Shown piece by piece: positions 48,372-57,640 of a stretch of 64,000 nucleotides of DNA. The notes under the pieces are model-generated. The model was given only the letters and a program-made list of their open reading frames with translations, ran no database searches and was not told the origin of the DNA. Position 1 is the stretch's first letter. The number at the start of each line of letters is the position of its first letter. The DNA is taken from assembly GCA_032249235.1 (NCBI GenBank), contig JAVVGF010000001.1, positions 64,001 through 128,000 on the forward strand, read 5' to 3'. This stretch comes from Thermoproteota archaeon. Its GTDB lineage: Archaea; Thermoproteota; Thermoprotei; Gearchaeales; Gearchaeaceae. A program made the position numbers and the translations under genes.

Positions 48372-50249
48372 TTGTTTATGAAACTCAAATTCATTAGTGG
48401 TTGTTCAGCTGGAAAGCCAAATTTGTTATTGCTAGTTAAAGATAATGGAAAATCTGCTGTTTTCGATTGTGGTTTTCAAAACGAAATGCCAGATTTCAGC
48501 AAAATAGAAGGCGAAGTCGAAGAAATATTCATAACACATGCGCATGCAGATCATATAGGCGGTCTAACAATTCTCAAAAGGATGTTTCCTAATGCAAGAA
48601 TATTCATGAGCGAACCTACTATTGAGATAGGTAAAATTACAATTAGTAGCTTAGAAATTAAGAGCAAATACAAGATACCTATGAATGAAATCGAAGAAGT
48701 TATGAGCGATGTTGAAACGATAAGAGATGGAATTATTTTAAAATTCGACGATTATAAGGTATTACCGATATATGCAGGACATTTGTTAGGTGCATTGTCT
48801 TATTTGATAAAATTTGATTCTCATACTTTACTCTACACAGGAGATATAAGCATTTCAGAACTTCCTCTTGCGGGGAAATTTGAATTAGCACAAAGCAACA
48901 TCGACTTGATAATTTCTGAGAGTAACTTTAGTTTAGGCTTAGATACTTTTAGGTCTTCATTGGAGAAAATTTCGCAAATAATTGCTTCTGCAATAAAAGT
49001 TAAAGGAAGAGTTGTTATGCCTTTGCCTGCAGCAGGAAGAGCACAAGAGATAGCTGTTTATTTATCTTACAAGATGCTAGCAGGAGAAATTCCGCATACT
49101 ACAATATATGTTGATGGAAGCGTCAAAGATGTGATGCGAGTTTATGATAAATATTCATCCAATTTAAGAGGATATTTAAGTGAATATTATACAAAAGTGC
49201 GTTCTGCAGGTTTGATAAAACTTGTCTCGGATGATATGAGAAAAGAATTAGTTAGAAATGAAAGGCCTTTCATCGTGCTAACTACATCTGCGAATCTAAA
49301 ATATGGACCGAGCGTTTATTATGCAGAGGAAGTTTTTCTTGATGAAAATTCATTAATCTTATTCACAGGTCGTGTTGATGAAAAAACACTTGCAAAGAAA
49401 ATTCTATATTCAAAAAAAGGTGAGCTAGTTGAGTTTCGTGGAGTAGCTTTAAGCAGGAAATGCAATGTTCAAATGAATGAATTAAATGAACACGGAAATG
49501 CAACTGATCTAATTGAAATGGTAAATAAAATTTCTTCAAAATCAATCCTGCTTACACATGGCAATGATGTTGTGAAACAATACTTAATGCAGTATTTTCT
49601 AAAAGAGAATTCAAGATTTTCGGTATTTGATCCTTTAGAAGGAGATTTTATTAACTTAAATTTGTTATTTTCCATAGTTAAATCACAGAAAAAATTTGAT
49701 GACGAAGAGTTTTTTGAAGCCTTATTGGAGAGAATTATAGAATCGATAAGAATCGAATATGATAAAGGTAAAATCCTTACGCGCGATTTTATAGAAGAAT
49801 TGCTGAGCAAGAACGATATATTATATGAAATACGTAATATAGAAAAAGCAAAACAACTATTTTTCATCGCATTTAGATATGGGGTTAAATATTCATACAA
49901 AAATCACAAAATAGATTTCAAATTCGTAAGCGATCTCATGGAAATCATCTCAGAAATCATCTCAGAAATTCTCGGTAAAAGTGCTTCGAATAAACTCTTC
50001 AACCAATTGAATGAGACCTCACCAAAATTCTTTAAGAATCTCGTTTTAAAAGGAGGGACGATGAAAGCTAACTTGGGCGTAGAAATAATTTCCTTAGAAA
50101 ATCTGAAAGAGATATTGAATGATTTCGAAACCAATTTCTCTAGATTTGGAATTAAGGCCCCTTCTATTAGCGAAATTAAAAAGCTCTGTGAGCAAGAATT
50201 GATCATCGATAATTCACTTAGGAATAATTATTTGAGAGTATTCGGTTAA
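48372..50249 (+). CDS. Metallo-beta-lactamase beta-CASP nuclease with long C-terminal extension
   Basis: DCG, THAHADH, AGHLLG, YTGD, ESN, GRAQE, NEH and THG motifs. Confidence 0.85.
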   Translation: MFMKLKFISGCSAGKPNLLLLVKDNGKSAVFDCGFQNEMPDFSKIEGEVEEIFITHAHADHIGGLTILKRMFPNARIFMSEPTIEIGKITISSLEIKSKYKIPMNEIEEVMSDVETIRDGIILKFDDYKVLPIYAGHLLGALSYLIKFDSHTLLYTGDISISELPLAGKFELAQSNIDLIISESNFSLGLDTFRSSLEKISQIIASAIKVKGRVVMPLPAAGRAQEIAVYLSYKMLAGEIPHTTIYVDGSVKDVMRVYDKYSSNLRGYLSEYYTKVRSAGLIKLVSDDMRKELVRNERPFIVLTTSANLKYGPSVYYAEEVFLDENSLILFTGRVDEKTLAKKILYSKKGELVEFRGVALSRKCNVQMNELNEHGNATDLIEMVNKISSKSILLTHGNDVVKQYLMQYFLKENSRFSVFDPLEGDFINLNLLFSIVKSQKKFDDEEFFEALLERIIESIRIEYDKGKILTRDFIEELLSKNDILYEIRNIEKAKQLFFIAFRYGVKYSYKNHKIDFKFVSDLMEIISEIISEILGKSASNKLFNQLNETSPKFFKNLVLKGGTMKANLGVEIISLENLKEILNDFETNFSRFGIKAPSISEIKKLCEQELIIDNSLRNNYLRVFG

Positions 50250-50288
50250 AATTAGATTAATAAGATTTTCCTTATTTTAAATAAATTA

Positions 50289-50390
50289 GCGGGAGTCATC
50301 TAGCCTGGCTATGATGCCGGACTCATAATGCAAAGCCGGGGCAGGCATGCGTGGAATCCGGTGTCCCGGGTTCAAATCCCGGCTCCCGCA
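50289..50390 (+). tRNA. tRNA-Met (CAT), probably elongator, with a 28-nt anticodon-loop intron
   Basis: GCGGGAG/CTCCCGC acceptor stem; CCGGA-CTCATAA-TCCGG anticodon arm restored by removing 28 nt (50328-50355 or 50329-50356); CCGGG-TTCAAAT-CCCGG T arm. Confidence 0.88.
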
Positions 50391-50426
50391 TACGTTTATT
50401 ATTCTAATAGTCTATTCTAATCATAA

Positions 50427-51460
50427 ATGAAGATTGCAATAATAGGCGCAGGACTGCAGGAGCTAATTGTGCATATTGGGCTGCAAAAGAAGGTCATGAG
50501 GTAATCTTATTCGAAAGAAACAAAACATTAGCTCATAAACCTTGTGGGGAAGCTGTTTTTAAAGAAGCTTTCGATTACGTTCCTATAAAACCTGAAGGAT
50601 CTAAATGGTATTTAAATTATGTACACAAGGCTGAAATTTACTTTGATAATAAACTGATCATTGAAGTCGATACAAAACCTTTTGAAGGTTTTATAGTAAA
50701 TAAAAGGATGTTCCTTGAAGAACTTGTAAATGAAGCGAAGAATGAGGGTGCTAAATTAAAATTAGGTGAAGAATTCAATGAAAAAGAAAATTATGATTTA
50801 ATAATCGATGCTGGAGGATTTGCTTCTACATATGCAAGAAGGAAAGGCTTACCTTATCATGGCTATAAGCTAGCGCCTGCAATTTGTGGTTATGGAAGGT
50901 CGAATAAAATCAAGGAAGATACATTATACTTCGAAGTTTATAGTTTCGGCTATGCATGGATATTCCCTTACGGTAAAAATTATTGCAATTTCGGAATTGG
51001 AGGGCATACTATTTTTAAAGAGGAGTTGCTCGTTAATCTAAAGAGATTTCTAAAATCGAGATGAATTCTAAGCTTGAAGGAGCAGGCTTTCCTTCATATG
51101 GTCTTTAGAAAAATTAAGTATAGGTAACATAAGAGTTGCTGAGACTCTGCAGGTATGGTAATGCCTATAAGCGGTGAAGGGATAAGATTTGCATTGTATG
51201 CTGGAAAGATATGCTACAAAGATGATTATGAAAAATTATTTTCAGAGAAATATGGTAAAAATCTGAAGGAAGGTAAGAAGATACTTGATTTATGGCTAAG
51301 CTTAAATCAAGATGAGCAAAAAGAATTATTGAAGAGCTTAGATCCTAAAATTTTACCAAGAATTTTTCTTGAAGGATATAGACCTAATTTGATGGAGGCT
51401 TTGAAATTGGTTGTAAAGCCAAACATATTGAAGAAATCGATTAAGCATTTTATTAAATAG
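50427..51460 (+). pseudogene. Geranylgeranyl-reductase-like FAD-dependent oxidoreductase with four -1 frameshifts
   Basis: Reconstructed MKIAIIGAG(P)AG...KPCGE...GYAWIFP...VA(G)DSAGMVMPISGEGIRFAL; frame breaks at about 50454, 51050, 51103 and 51141. Confidence 0.8.
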
Positions 51461-51475
51461 AAGCATAATAACTTC

Positions 51476-52447
51476 ATGGTTGGTTGGGTTGACATATTGA
51501 CTGCAAAGCAGGCTCATTTTTTTAAACATTTTATAGATAGATATAAACTCCTTGCTACTACAAGGCAATATAGCGAAAGTCTTGCAGCTATAAATTTTCT
51601 GAATATAAAATGTGATGTAATAGGTAAGCATGGCGCAAATGTATTAGAAAAGCTAATTAACAGCATTGAGAGAAGCTATGCATTATTGAAATGGTTTTTA
51701 GATAAAAAACCAAATTTTTTAATTTCGCATGGAAGCGTTGAAGCAACAAGGATAGCATTTCAAGCAGGAATTCCAATATTTGATTTCAATGATACACCTG
51801 AATCTATATTTGTTGCTAGACTTACAGCTCCTTTGACTACTTTAATGATCGTACCAAAAGATTGTGGTGAAGGCTTTAGAAAGTATGGTGCTCAAAATGT
51901 GATAGAATATGATGGATTAACACAAGTAACTTGGTTAAAGAGATATAAATATGACATTGAGATTGTTAAAAAATTGAATTTGGACGAGAATAAAATCACT
52001 GTCATAGTAAGAGAACCCGCTTATTTAGCTTCACATATAGAATCTGATTCATTACATTTCAAGAGAATTGTGAGCATGCTTAAGGAATTTTCCGATGAGA
52101 TAAATCTCATTGAAATTGAAAGATACAAAGGAAAGTTCATAGACGTTCCTTCGTTGTTGAATAAAGCAGATATAGTAATTGCAACAGGCACAATGGTAGG
52201 TGAAGCAATAGTGAGCGGTGTTCCTTTGGTTATTGATTATTTTCCAGTATTACAAAGTATGTATAAGCGCTTTTATAAAGAAGAATTCTTTTTGCATAGC
52301 ACAAACTTAGAAACAATTATTTCGCATGTAAAGAATTTCATAAGGGATCCTAAAAAAAGAAGAGAACCTATGTATTACAAAATGGAAGATCCGTTAGATA
52401 TATTCGATGAAATAATTCGAGAAAAATTCCCTAATTTGCTTGAATGA
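51476..52447 (+). CDS. DUF354 family protein (predicted glycosyltransferase-like)
   Basis: WVDILT.KQ..FF, TTR.Y, IGKHG, SHGSVEA.R.AF..GIP..FND.P, GTM..EA..GVP. Confidence 0.8.
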   Translation: MVGWVDILTAKQAHFFKHFIDRYKLLATTRQYSESLAAINFLNIKCDVIGKHGANVLEKLINSIERSYALLKWFLDKKPNFLISHGSVEATRIAFQAGIPIFDFNDTPESIFVARLTAPLTTLMIVPKDCGEGFRKYGAQNVIEYDGLTQVTWLKRYKYDIEIVKKLNLDENKITVIVREPAYLASHIESDSLHFKRIVSMLKEFSDEINLIEIERYKGKFIDVPSLLNKADIVIATGTMVGEAIVSGVPLVIDYFPVLQSMYKRFYKEEFFLHSTNLETIISHVKNFIRDPKKRREPMYYKMEDPLDIFDEIIREKFPNLLE

Positions 52448-53412
52448 AAATAAAGATAATTGGAGGAGAAACTTTAGGTACGAGAAGTTTATCTAGCTTT
52501 ATTGAATGTAGCGATATAAGGATACTTATTGATCCAGGTGTTGCATTAGGTCCTAGATTCAACCTTTTACCCCATCCTATTGAATATGAGAATTTAATGA
52601 AAACGAGGAAGGAAATAGAAAGTTATGCCATGGAAAGCGATGCTGTTTTTATATCTCATTATCACTATGATCATTTCACTCCTTTTTGGAGAGAAATAGA
52701 TAATTTATGGACCTTTGCAGACTTAAGGAGTGCAGAGAAAATATACAAGAATAAGCAGGTATTCATCAAAGATCCTTTTAATAACATAAATGAAAGTCAA
52801 AAGTCAAGAGCAAGAGAATTTTTACCTAATTTGAGAAATGTTGCTAAAGAAGTTAGAATAGCTGATTTTAAAGAATACAAAATAGGTAATACAAAGTTAG
52901 TATTTTCAAATCCTCTTCCTCATGGTGAAGACAATACTCCATTGGGTAAAGTTTTAATGTTATGCATTGAAGATAAAGGTGAGAAGTTTTTATTTGCTAG
53001 TGATGTTGAAGGTCCTATAAGCGAGAAAGTATTCGAAGAAATAGTCAGAATGAAACCTAATTATATGCTCATTAGCGGCCCTCCTTTATATCTTTTAGGT
53101 ACTAAGCTTTCTCATAATAATTTCCAAAAGGCAATCGATAATTTATCCAGACTTTTAAAACATGTAGATATAATAATTTTAGACCATCATTTTCTGAGAA
53201 GCCATGAATCATTGAATTACATAAAGAAACTTAAAGAAACAGCAGATAATTATGGTTCGATGTTGATGACTATTGCTGAATTTAATAATATGGAGATAAA
53301 AATGCTCGAAGCATATAGAAAAGAACTTTATAGAGATAAGCCACCTAGTGAAGAATTCATTGAATGGACTAGAAAAAAGAATGGGATACCTCCTATTTCA
53401 TATAAAAAATAA
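52444..53412 (+). CDS. UPF0282 metallo-beta-lactamase-fold protein
   Basis: E.LG.RS, IDPGVALGP, SHYHYDH, PHG, SDVEGP, DHH..R. Confidence 0.85.
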   Translation: MKIKIIGGETLGTRSLSSFIECSDIRILIDPGVALGPRFNLLPHPIEYENLMKTRKEIESYAMESDAVFISHYHYDHFTPFWREIDNLWTFADLRSAEKIYKNKQVFIKDPFNNINESQKSRAREFLPNLRNVAKEVRIADFKEYKIGNTKLVFSNPLPHGEDNTPLGKVLMLCIEDKGEKFLFASDVEGPISEKVFEEIVRMKPNYMLISGPPLYLLGTKLSHNNFQKAIDNLSRLLKHVDIIILDHHFLRSHESLNYIKKLKETADNYGSMLMTIAEFNNMEIKMLEAYRKELYRDKPPSEEFIEWTRKKNGIPPISYKK

Positions 53413-53737
53413 AATTTATGTTAAGATTATTACTAAATTATGATTTAATAATTAAAGCTTTTTAAAAGTTTAGTAATGAATATACTTAAGTACGCTGGAT
53501 ATGCCTGTGAAAATGAATTGTTAGCTTTGCTATAACTCGATAGGATAAAAGTTATTAAGCCTAGCAAACCGATAATTCACGTTTTAAAAGAGAGAATGTC
53601 AAATCTTTTAATCTAACTGATCAAAAAGCTTAAGGAGTTTGGGTTAATAATCTCTATAACTAAATGCGATATTCAAAGTTTCGGAAAACTTTATTAAGAA
53701 TAAGGCTTAAATTAAGGGAATCCTTAGCTATTAAAGC

Positions 53738-54073
53738 ATGAGCGGTAAAATAAAGATTCAAAATCTACCAGCGGAGCTAAGGAGAAAAGGCTTAGAGGAA
53801 AAGCTGGCAGCGATCTATAAAAAGAATGATATAGTGTTTATGGCTATTTTCGGTTCCTTTGTTGGAGGATAGCAAAATAGAAAAAGCGATATTGATATAG
53901 CCATCGAATTTGATCGAGATAGCCAAAAGAGTCTTATTGATTTAGTCAGAATAGAAAATGAACTAAGAAAGATATTTAAAAGAAAGGTCGATCTCATAAT
54001 TTTCAGTAGTTTAAGCCCATATATAATAGAAGATGTAAAAAAAGAAATGAAACTCATTTATGAGAAGAGATGA
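53738..54073 (+). pseudogene. MNT (minimal nucleotidyltransferase) antitoxin with an in-frame TAG
   Basis: MSGK...AIFGSFVGG*QNRKSDIDIAIEF...RKVDL...LSPYI; TAG at 53870-53872 at a position where Glu is usual. Confidence 0.85.
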
Positions 54074-54250
54074 AGCTTACTTAAAACATATTCTAGATGC
54101 GATTTCTAACATAGAGAGATTTACAGAAGGTTTGACTAAAGAAGAATTTTTTAGAAACGTAGAGAAGCAATATGCTGTCTTAAGGGAGCTTGAGATAATT
54201 GGTGAGCATCTAAGAATTTAAACAAAGAGCTAAAAGCGCGAATAACTTGA
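54060..54250 (+). pseudogene. HEPN (DUF86/HepT-like) toxin, frameshifted and truncated
   Basis: MRRDEAYLKHILDAI..IERF...QYAVLRELEIIGE, then a -1 shift into ASKNL; the C-terminal RX4-6H region is absent. Confidence 0.82.
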
Positions 54251-54279
54251 ATTCTTTTTTACTGAAAATCGTAATTCGA

Positions 54280-54352
54280 TGGGCCCAATGGGATTCGAAC
54301 CCATGCCATTGGCTCCGAAGGCCAACGCTCTATCCAGCTAAGCTATGGGCCC
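54280..54352 (-). tRNA. tRNA-Arg (TCG)
   Basis: GGGCCCA/TGGGCCC acceptor stem; TTGGC-CTTCGGA-GCCAA anticodon arm; ATGGG-TTCGAAT-CCCAT T arm. Confidence 0.93.
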
Positions 54353-54430
54353 ACTAATATAAATTTTCAATAGAACTCGGCTTAAATTTAACAATTTATT
54401 AATCAGAATAGCTATTAAGACTTATTAGTA

Positions 54431-54751
54431 ATGAACTTAAGAAAAGACATTCTCTTTCATAATACTGTAGATGTTTGGATCAATTTTTGTGAAGCTTATA
54501 ATATAGATTGGGATAATGTAGAAGCTTATTTATCATTCATAAATTTCTTATCTTCTAAAGGAGTCAAAATGAACCCCATGAATCTTTGTATAAAAGAAAC
54601 AGGAGGTTTATATCAAAGAGGCAAGAAAAAAGCCGATTTCTTGGATAAACTCAGTAAATTGAAAATATCTAGACCTGTATATACTATAAAGCTTGATCAG
54701 AATTTAGAAAGTATACTCAATGAATATTTCAAATCTTTAGTTAAGAAATGA
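54431..54751 (+). CDS. Hypothetical protein coupled to srp54
   Basis: 106-aa ORF with an ATGA overlap into srp54; no family recognised. Confidence 0.65.
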   Translation: MNLRKDILFHNTVDVWINFCEAYNIDWDNVEAYLSFINFLSSKGVKMNPMNLCIKETGGLYQRGKKKADFLDKLSKLKISRPVYTIKLDQNLESILNEYFKSLVKK

Positions 54752-56058
54752 GTTTCTTAAAAGACTTTTCCAAATCCCTTTTAGATGCGATAAATAAGCT
54801 TAGAGGAAGTACAGGTGATGAAGCTGCATTAAAAGAATTCATTAGAGATATACAACGAATTCTCTTAAAAGCTGATGTAAATGTTAACATTGTACTTGAA
54901 ATAAGTAAAAAACTTCAAGAAAAAATCAAAGAAGAACCTCCTCAAGGCTTTACGAGGAAAGATCTAATTTTAAAAGAACTTTATGATAGCTTGATTGAAA
55001 TTTTAGGAGGAAGAACAAAGCATAGATTGCAACTAAATCCTGATTCTTTAAATGTAATAATGCTAGTTGGAATTCAAGGTAGTGGTAAAACTACTACAGC
55101 TGCAAAATTAGCTTATTATTTAAAAAACAGGAACTACAAAGTAGGTTTGGTATGTGCAGATACCTATAGATTGGGTGCTTATCATCAATTGAAGCAATTA
55201 GCTGAGAAGATAAATGTCCCTTTTTATGGCGAACCTGATGCTAAAGATTCTATAGAATTAGCATTAAAAGGCATCGAAGCACTTTCAGATAAATGCAATG
55301 TAATAATCGTAGATACTGCAGGAAGACATAAGAACGAACAAGCTTTGATAGAAGAAATGAAGCTAATGGCGAGCAAAATCAATCCTACGCATGTCATTCT
55401 AGTAATAGATGCGACAATAGGTCAAGCTGCATATAATCAAGCTAAAGCTTTTAATGAAGCAACGAAAATAGGAAGTATAATATTAACGAAGCTAGATGGT
55501 TCTGCAAAAGGAGGAGGCGCAATAAGCGCTGCCAAAGCTACGAATTCAAGAGTTATCTTCGTAGGATTAGGAGAAAAAATTGAAGAATTTGAAGAATTCG
55601 ATCCTGTTTCTTTCACTAATCAACTTCTTGGATTAGGAGATATTGATCTTTTATCTAGAAAGATAGAAGAAGCAAGGATTGAGCAAAAAATTAAAGCCGA
55701 AAAATTCATGCGTGGCGAATTCAATTTAAAAGAATTAGTTGAACAAATAAAGGAATTCAGAAAGCTAGGGCCTTTAAGTAAGTTGTTAAGTCTTCTTCCA
55801 GGTTTTTCTATCGAACTTCCTGAAGACGCTTTAAAAGAAGCTGAAAAGAACTTGGATAAATGGGAAGCAATAATTAATTCAATGACTAAGGAAGAAATTG
55901 CAAATCCTAAAATCATAGATAAAAGCAGAGCGCGAAGAATTGCAAGAGGCTCTGGTACTGATGTCAAGGATGTAGAAAAACTTTTAATGGCATATAATAT
56001 GATGAAAAGAAATGTTAAACGTTTAAAAAGACTGGGCTTTAATGTCCCAATTAAATAA
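54748..56058 (+). CDS. srp54: Signal recognition particle protein SRP54
   Basis: GIQGSGKTTT, DTYR, DTAGR, TKLDGSAKGGGA, M domain IINSMT..E, RIARGSG. Confidence 0.96.
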   Translation: MSFLKDFSKSLLDAINKLRGSTGDEAALKEFIRDIQRILLKADVNVNIVLEISKKLQEKIKEEPPQGFTRKDLILKELYDSLIEILGGRTKHRLQLNPDSLNVIMLVGIQGSGKTTTAAKLAYYLKNRNYKVGLVCADTYRLGAYHQLKQLAEKINVPFYGEPDAKDSIELALKGIEALSDKCNVIIVDTAGRHKNEQALIEEMKLMASKINPTHVILVIDATIGQAAYNQAKAFNEATKIGSIILTKLDGSAKGGGAISAAKATNSRVIFVGLGEKIEEFEEFDPVSFTNQLLGLGDIDLLSRKIEEARIEQKIKAEKFMRGEFNLKELVEQIKEFRKLGPLSKLLSLLPGFSIELPEDALKEAEKNLDKWEAIINSMTKEEIANPKIIDKSRARRIARGSGTDVKDVEKLLMAYNMMKRNVKRLKRLGFNVPIK

Positions 56059-57301
56059 CCTAATTTTAAATAAAGCATCAGAAATAATAGAAAGATACAA
56101 TATTTGTCCAATTTGTCTGGGAAGATTGTTCTATAATAATGAAAAAAAATCCATCTTAAAATTTTCAAAGATATTGTATATAAACTTAAATAAAGATTTT
56201 AAATATATTTTTTCAAAAAATAAAAAGTGTTATCTATGTAACAATTTTTTCTTTAATTTATTTAAAGTAATAAATTGGATTGTTGATAGAGTAGAATTTT
56301 ATGAATTTTATAGCCTTAATTTTGGTACTAGAATACCAGAATATTTAGTTATTAGAGAAGATTATATTCGTTCAAAGTATGAAATAAATGGTGGACTATC
56401 ATTAAAAAGTTTTATTAATACACATATTTCAAAAATTTTATCGAGAATTTTAAATAGAAAAATTGATTCAAAGAATCCTGATTTAAAAGTAATTTATGAT
56501 TTGGAAAAAAGTTCTCTAGAGATCATCCCTTCAAATGTATACATATATGGAAGATACTTAAAGCTAAAAAGAGGTATTAGGCAAACAAGACAATATTGCA
56601 AGTTTTGTAAAGGAAGCGGATGTAGCGAGTGTAGCTATACAGGCTTTACGAACGATCCTTCGATTGAAGGTTTTTTATTAAAAGAATTCAGAGATCGATT
56701 TTTGGGAGAAGTTAGCATATTTCATGCAGCTGGAAGAGAAGATTTGGATGTCATCACCGTTAACACAGGAAGACCTTTCGTAATTGAAGTGCGTAGACCT
56801 TTGAAAAGAAAAATAAATCTAAAGGAATTAGAAGAATTTTTAAATAAAGTAAATGAAGGTTATGTTTTGATTAAAAACTTATGTTATGTTGATAGGAAAA
56901 TTATGGAAAAAATTAATGTATTTTCAAAATACGATGAGAAAACCTACAGATTAGTAGTGAAGTTCAATGGAGAAATTGATGAAGATGCGCTTAGGAAAAT
57001 AGAAGAAGAGCTAAGAAATCGAGTTATAATTCAAAGAACACCTTTACGAGTTCTCTATAGGAGAGTAGACAAATACAGATATAAGATGGTCTATGATGTG
57101 AAAGCGAATAAAATTGGAGAAAATCTAGTTGAATTCATAATTAGGTGCCAAGGAGGTCTTTATGTTAAGGAACTCGCTCATGGAGATCAAGGAAGAACAC
57201 AACCTAGCATTTTTTCAATCACAGGAATTCCTTTAGAAATAATATCTTTGGATGTTATTTCTGTTGCACCTGAACTTGAGAAGAGACTAGAGATTGGTTA
57301 G
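56042..57301 (+). CDS. pus10: tRNA pseudouridine 54/55 synthase Pus10
   Basis: C..CLGR, GRY.K..R.I.QT, HAAGREDLDV, GRPFV.E, Q.TP.RV..RR, GLYVKEL.HGD.GRT.PS. Confidence 0.94.
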   Translation: MSQLNNLILNKASEIIERYNICPICLGRLFYNNEKKSILKFSKILYINLNKDFKYIFSKNKKCYLCNNFFFNLFKVINWIVDRVEFYEFYSLNFGTRIPEYLVIREDYIRSKYEINGGLSLKSFINTHISKILSRILNRKIDSKNPDLKVIYDLEKSSLEIIPSNVYIYGRYLKLKRGIRQTRQYCKFCKGSGCSECSYTGFTNDPSIEGFLLKEFRDRFLGEVSIFHAAGREDLDVITVNTGRPFVIEVRRPLKRKINLKELEEFLNKVNEGYVLIKNLCYVDRKIMEKINVFSKYDEKTYRLVVKFNGEIDEDALRKIEEELRNRVIIQRTPLRVLYRRVDKYRYKMVYDVKANKIGENLVEFIIRCQGGLYVKELAHGDQGRTQPSIFSITGIPLEIISLDVISVAPELEKRLEIG

Positions 57302-57587
57302 AAGTTGCTTTATATTTCATTATATGTTCTTTCGTTGTGATTATTTGCTTAGTTTTACTTCCTAGTTTAACTTCTATTATGTATGCTTTTCCTCTTTTAC
57401 CTATTATTTTACCCACCATTCCTTGATATCTTTTATGAGGTGCTGTGCTCATGTTGATTGGATTTATATTAATATGTACAAGCTCTCCTATTTCGTATTC
57501 TATCATATATTGTGATAAGCCTTTTCTCATTCTCCTTTTCGAAAATAGCTTTCTCATTCTTTTTCTATATCCTTTCGTTGCTGGCAT
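57255..57587 (-). CDS. rpl21e: 50S ribosomal protein L21e (inverted relative to its neighbours)
   Basis: KGYR...RKL..K, G..V.I.I.P, PHKRYQG.VG.I..KRG.AY, EH. Confidence 0.93.
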   Translation of the reverse strand: MPATKGYRKRMRKLFSKRRMRKGLSQYMIEYEIGELVHININPINMSTAPHKRYQGMVGKIIGKRGKAYIIEVKLGSKTKQIITTKEHIMKYKATSNQSLVSSQVQVQQK

Positions 57588-57640
57588 GGTTATTAAATAG
57601 ATAGATATACTTTTATGCTTATTAGTTTAATTAACTTAGA

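Noticed and set aside
49941-49969. 12-nt tandem repeat GAAATCATCTCA x2.4 (EIISEIISEI)
   Set aside because: A short in-frame duplication within a coding helix; not an array.
50288-50390. tRNA-CAT as initiator tRNA (sequence begins AGCGGG)
   Set aside because: No A1-U72 pair can form and the anticodon stem lacks the three consecutive G-C pairs; CCGGA/TCCGG fits elongator Met.
50708-51460. ORFs 50708-51064 and 51155-51460 as independent genes
   Set aside because: They are consecutive fragments of one frameshifted GGR-like gene.
53870-53872. In-frame TAG in MNT as possible pyrrolysine or stop-codon readthrough
   Set aside because: A single GAG>TAG change explains it, the partner HEPN is also broken, TAG is a normal stop elsewhere in the window and no pyl genes are present.
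53815-54057. 80-aa minus-strand ORF
   Set aside because: Antisense shadow of the MNT pseudogene.
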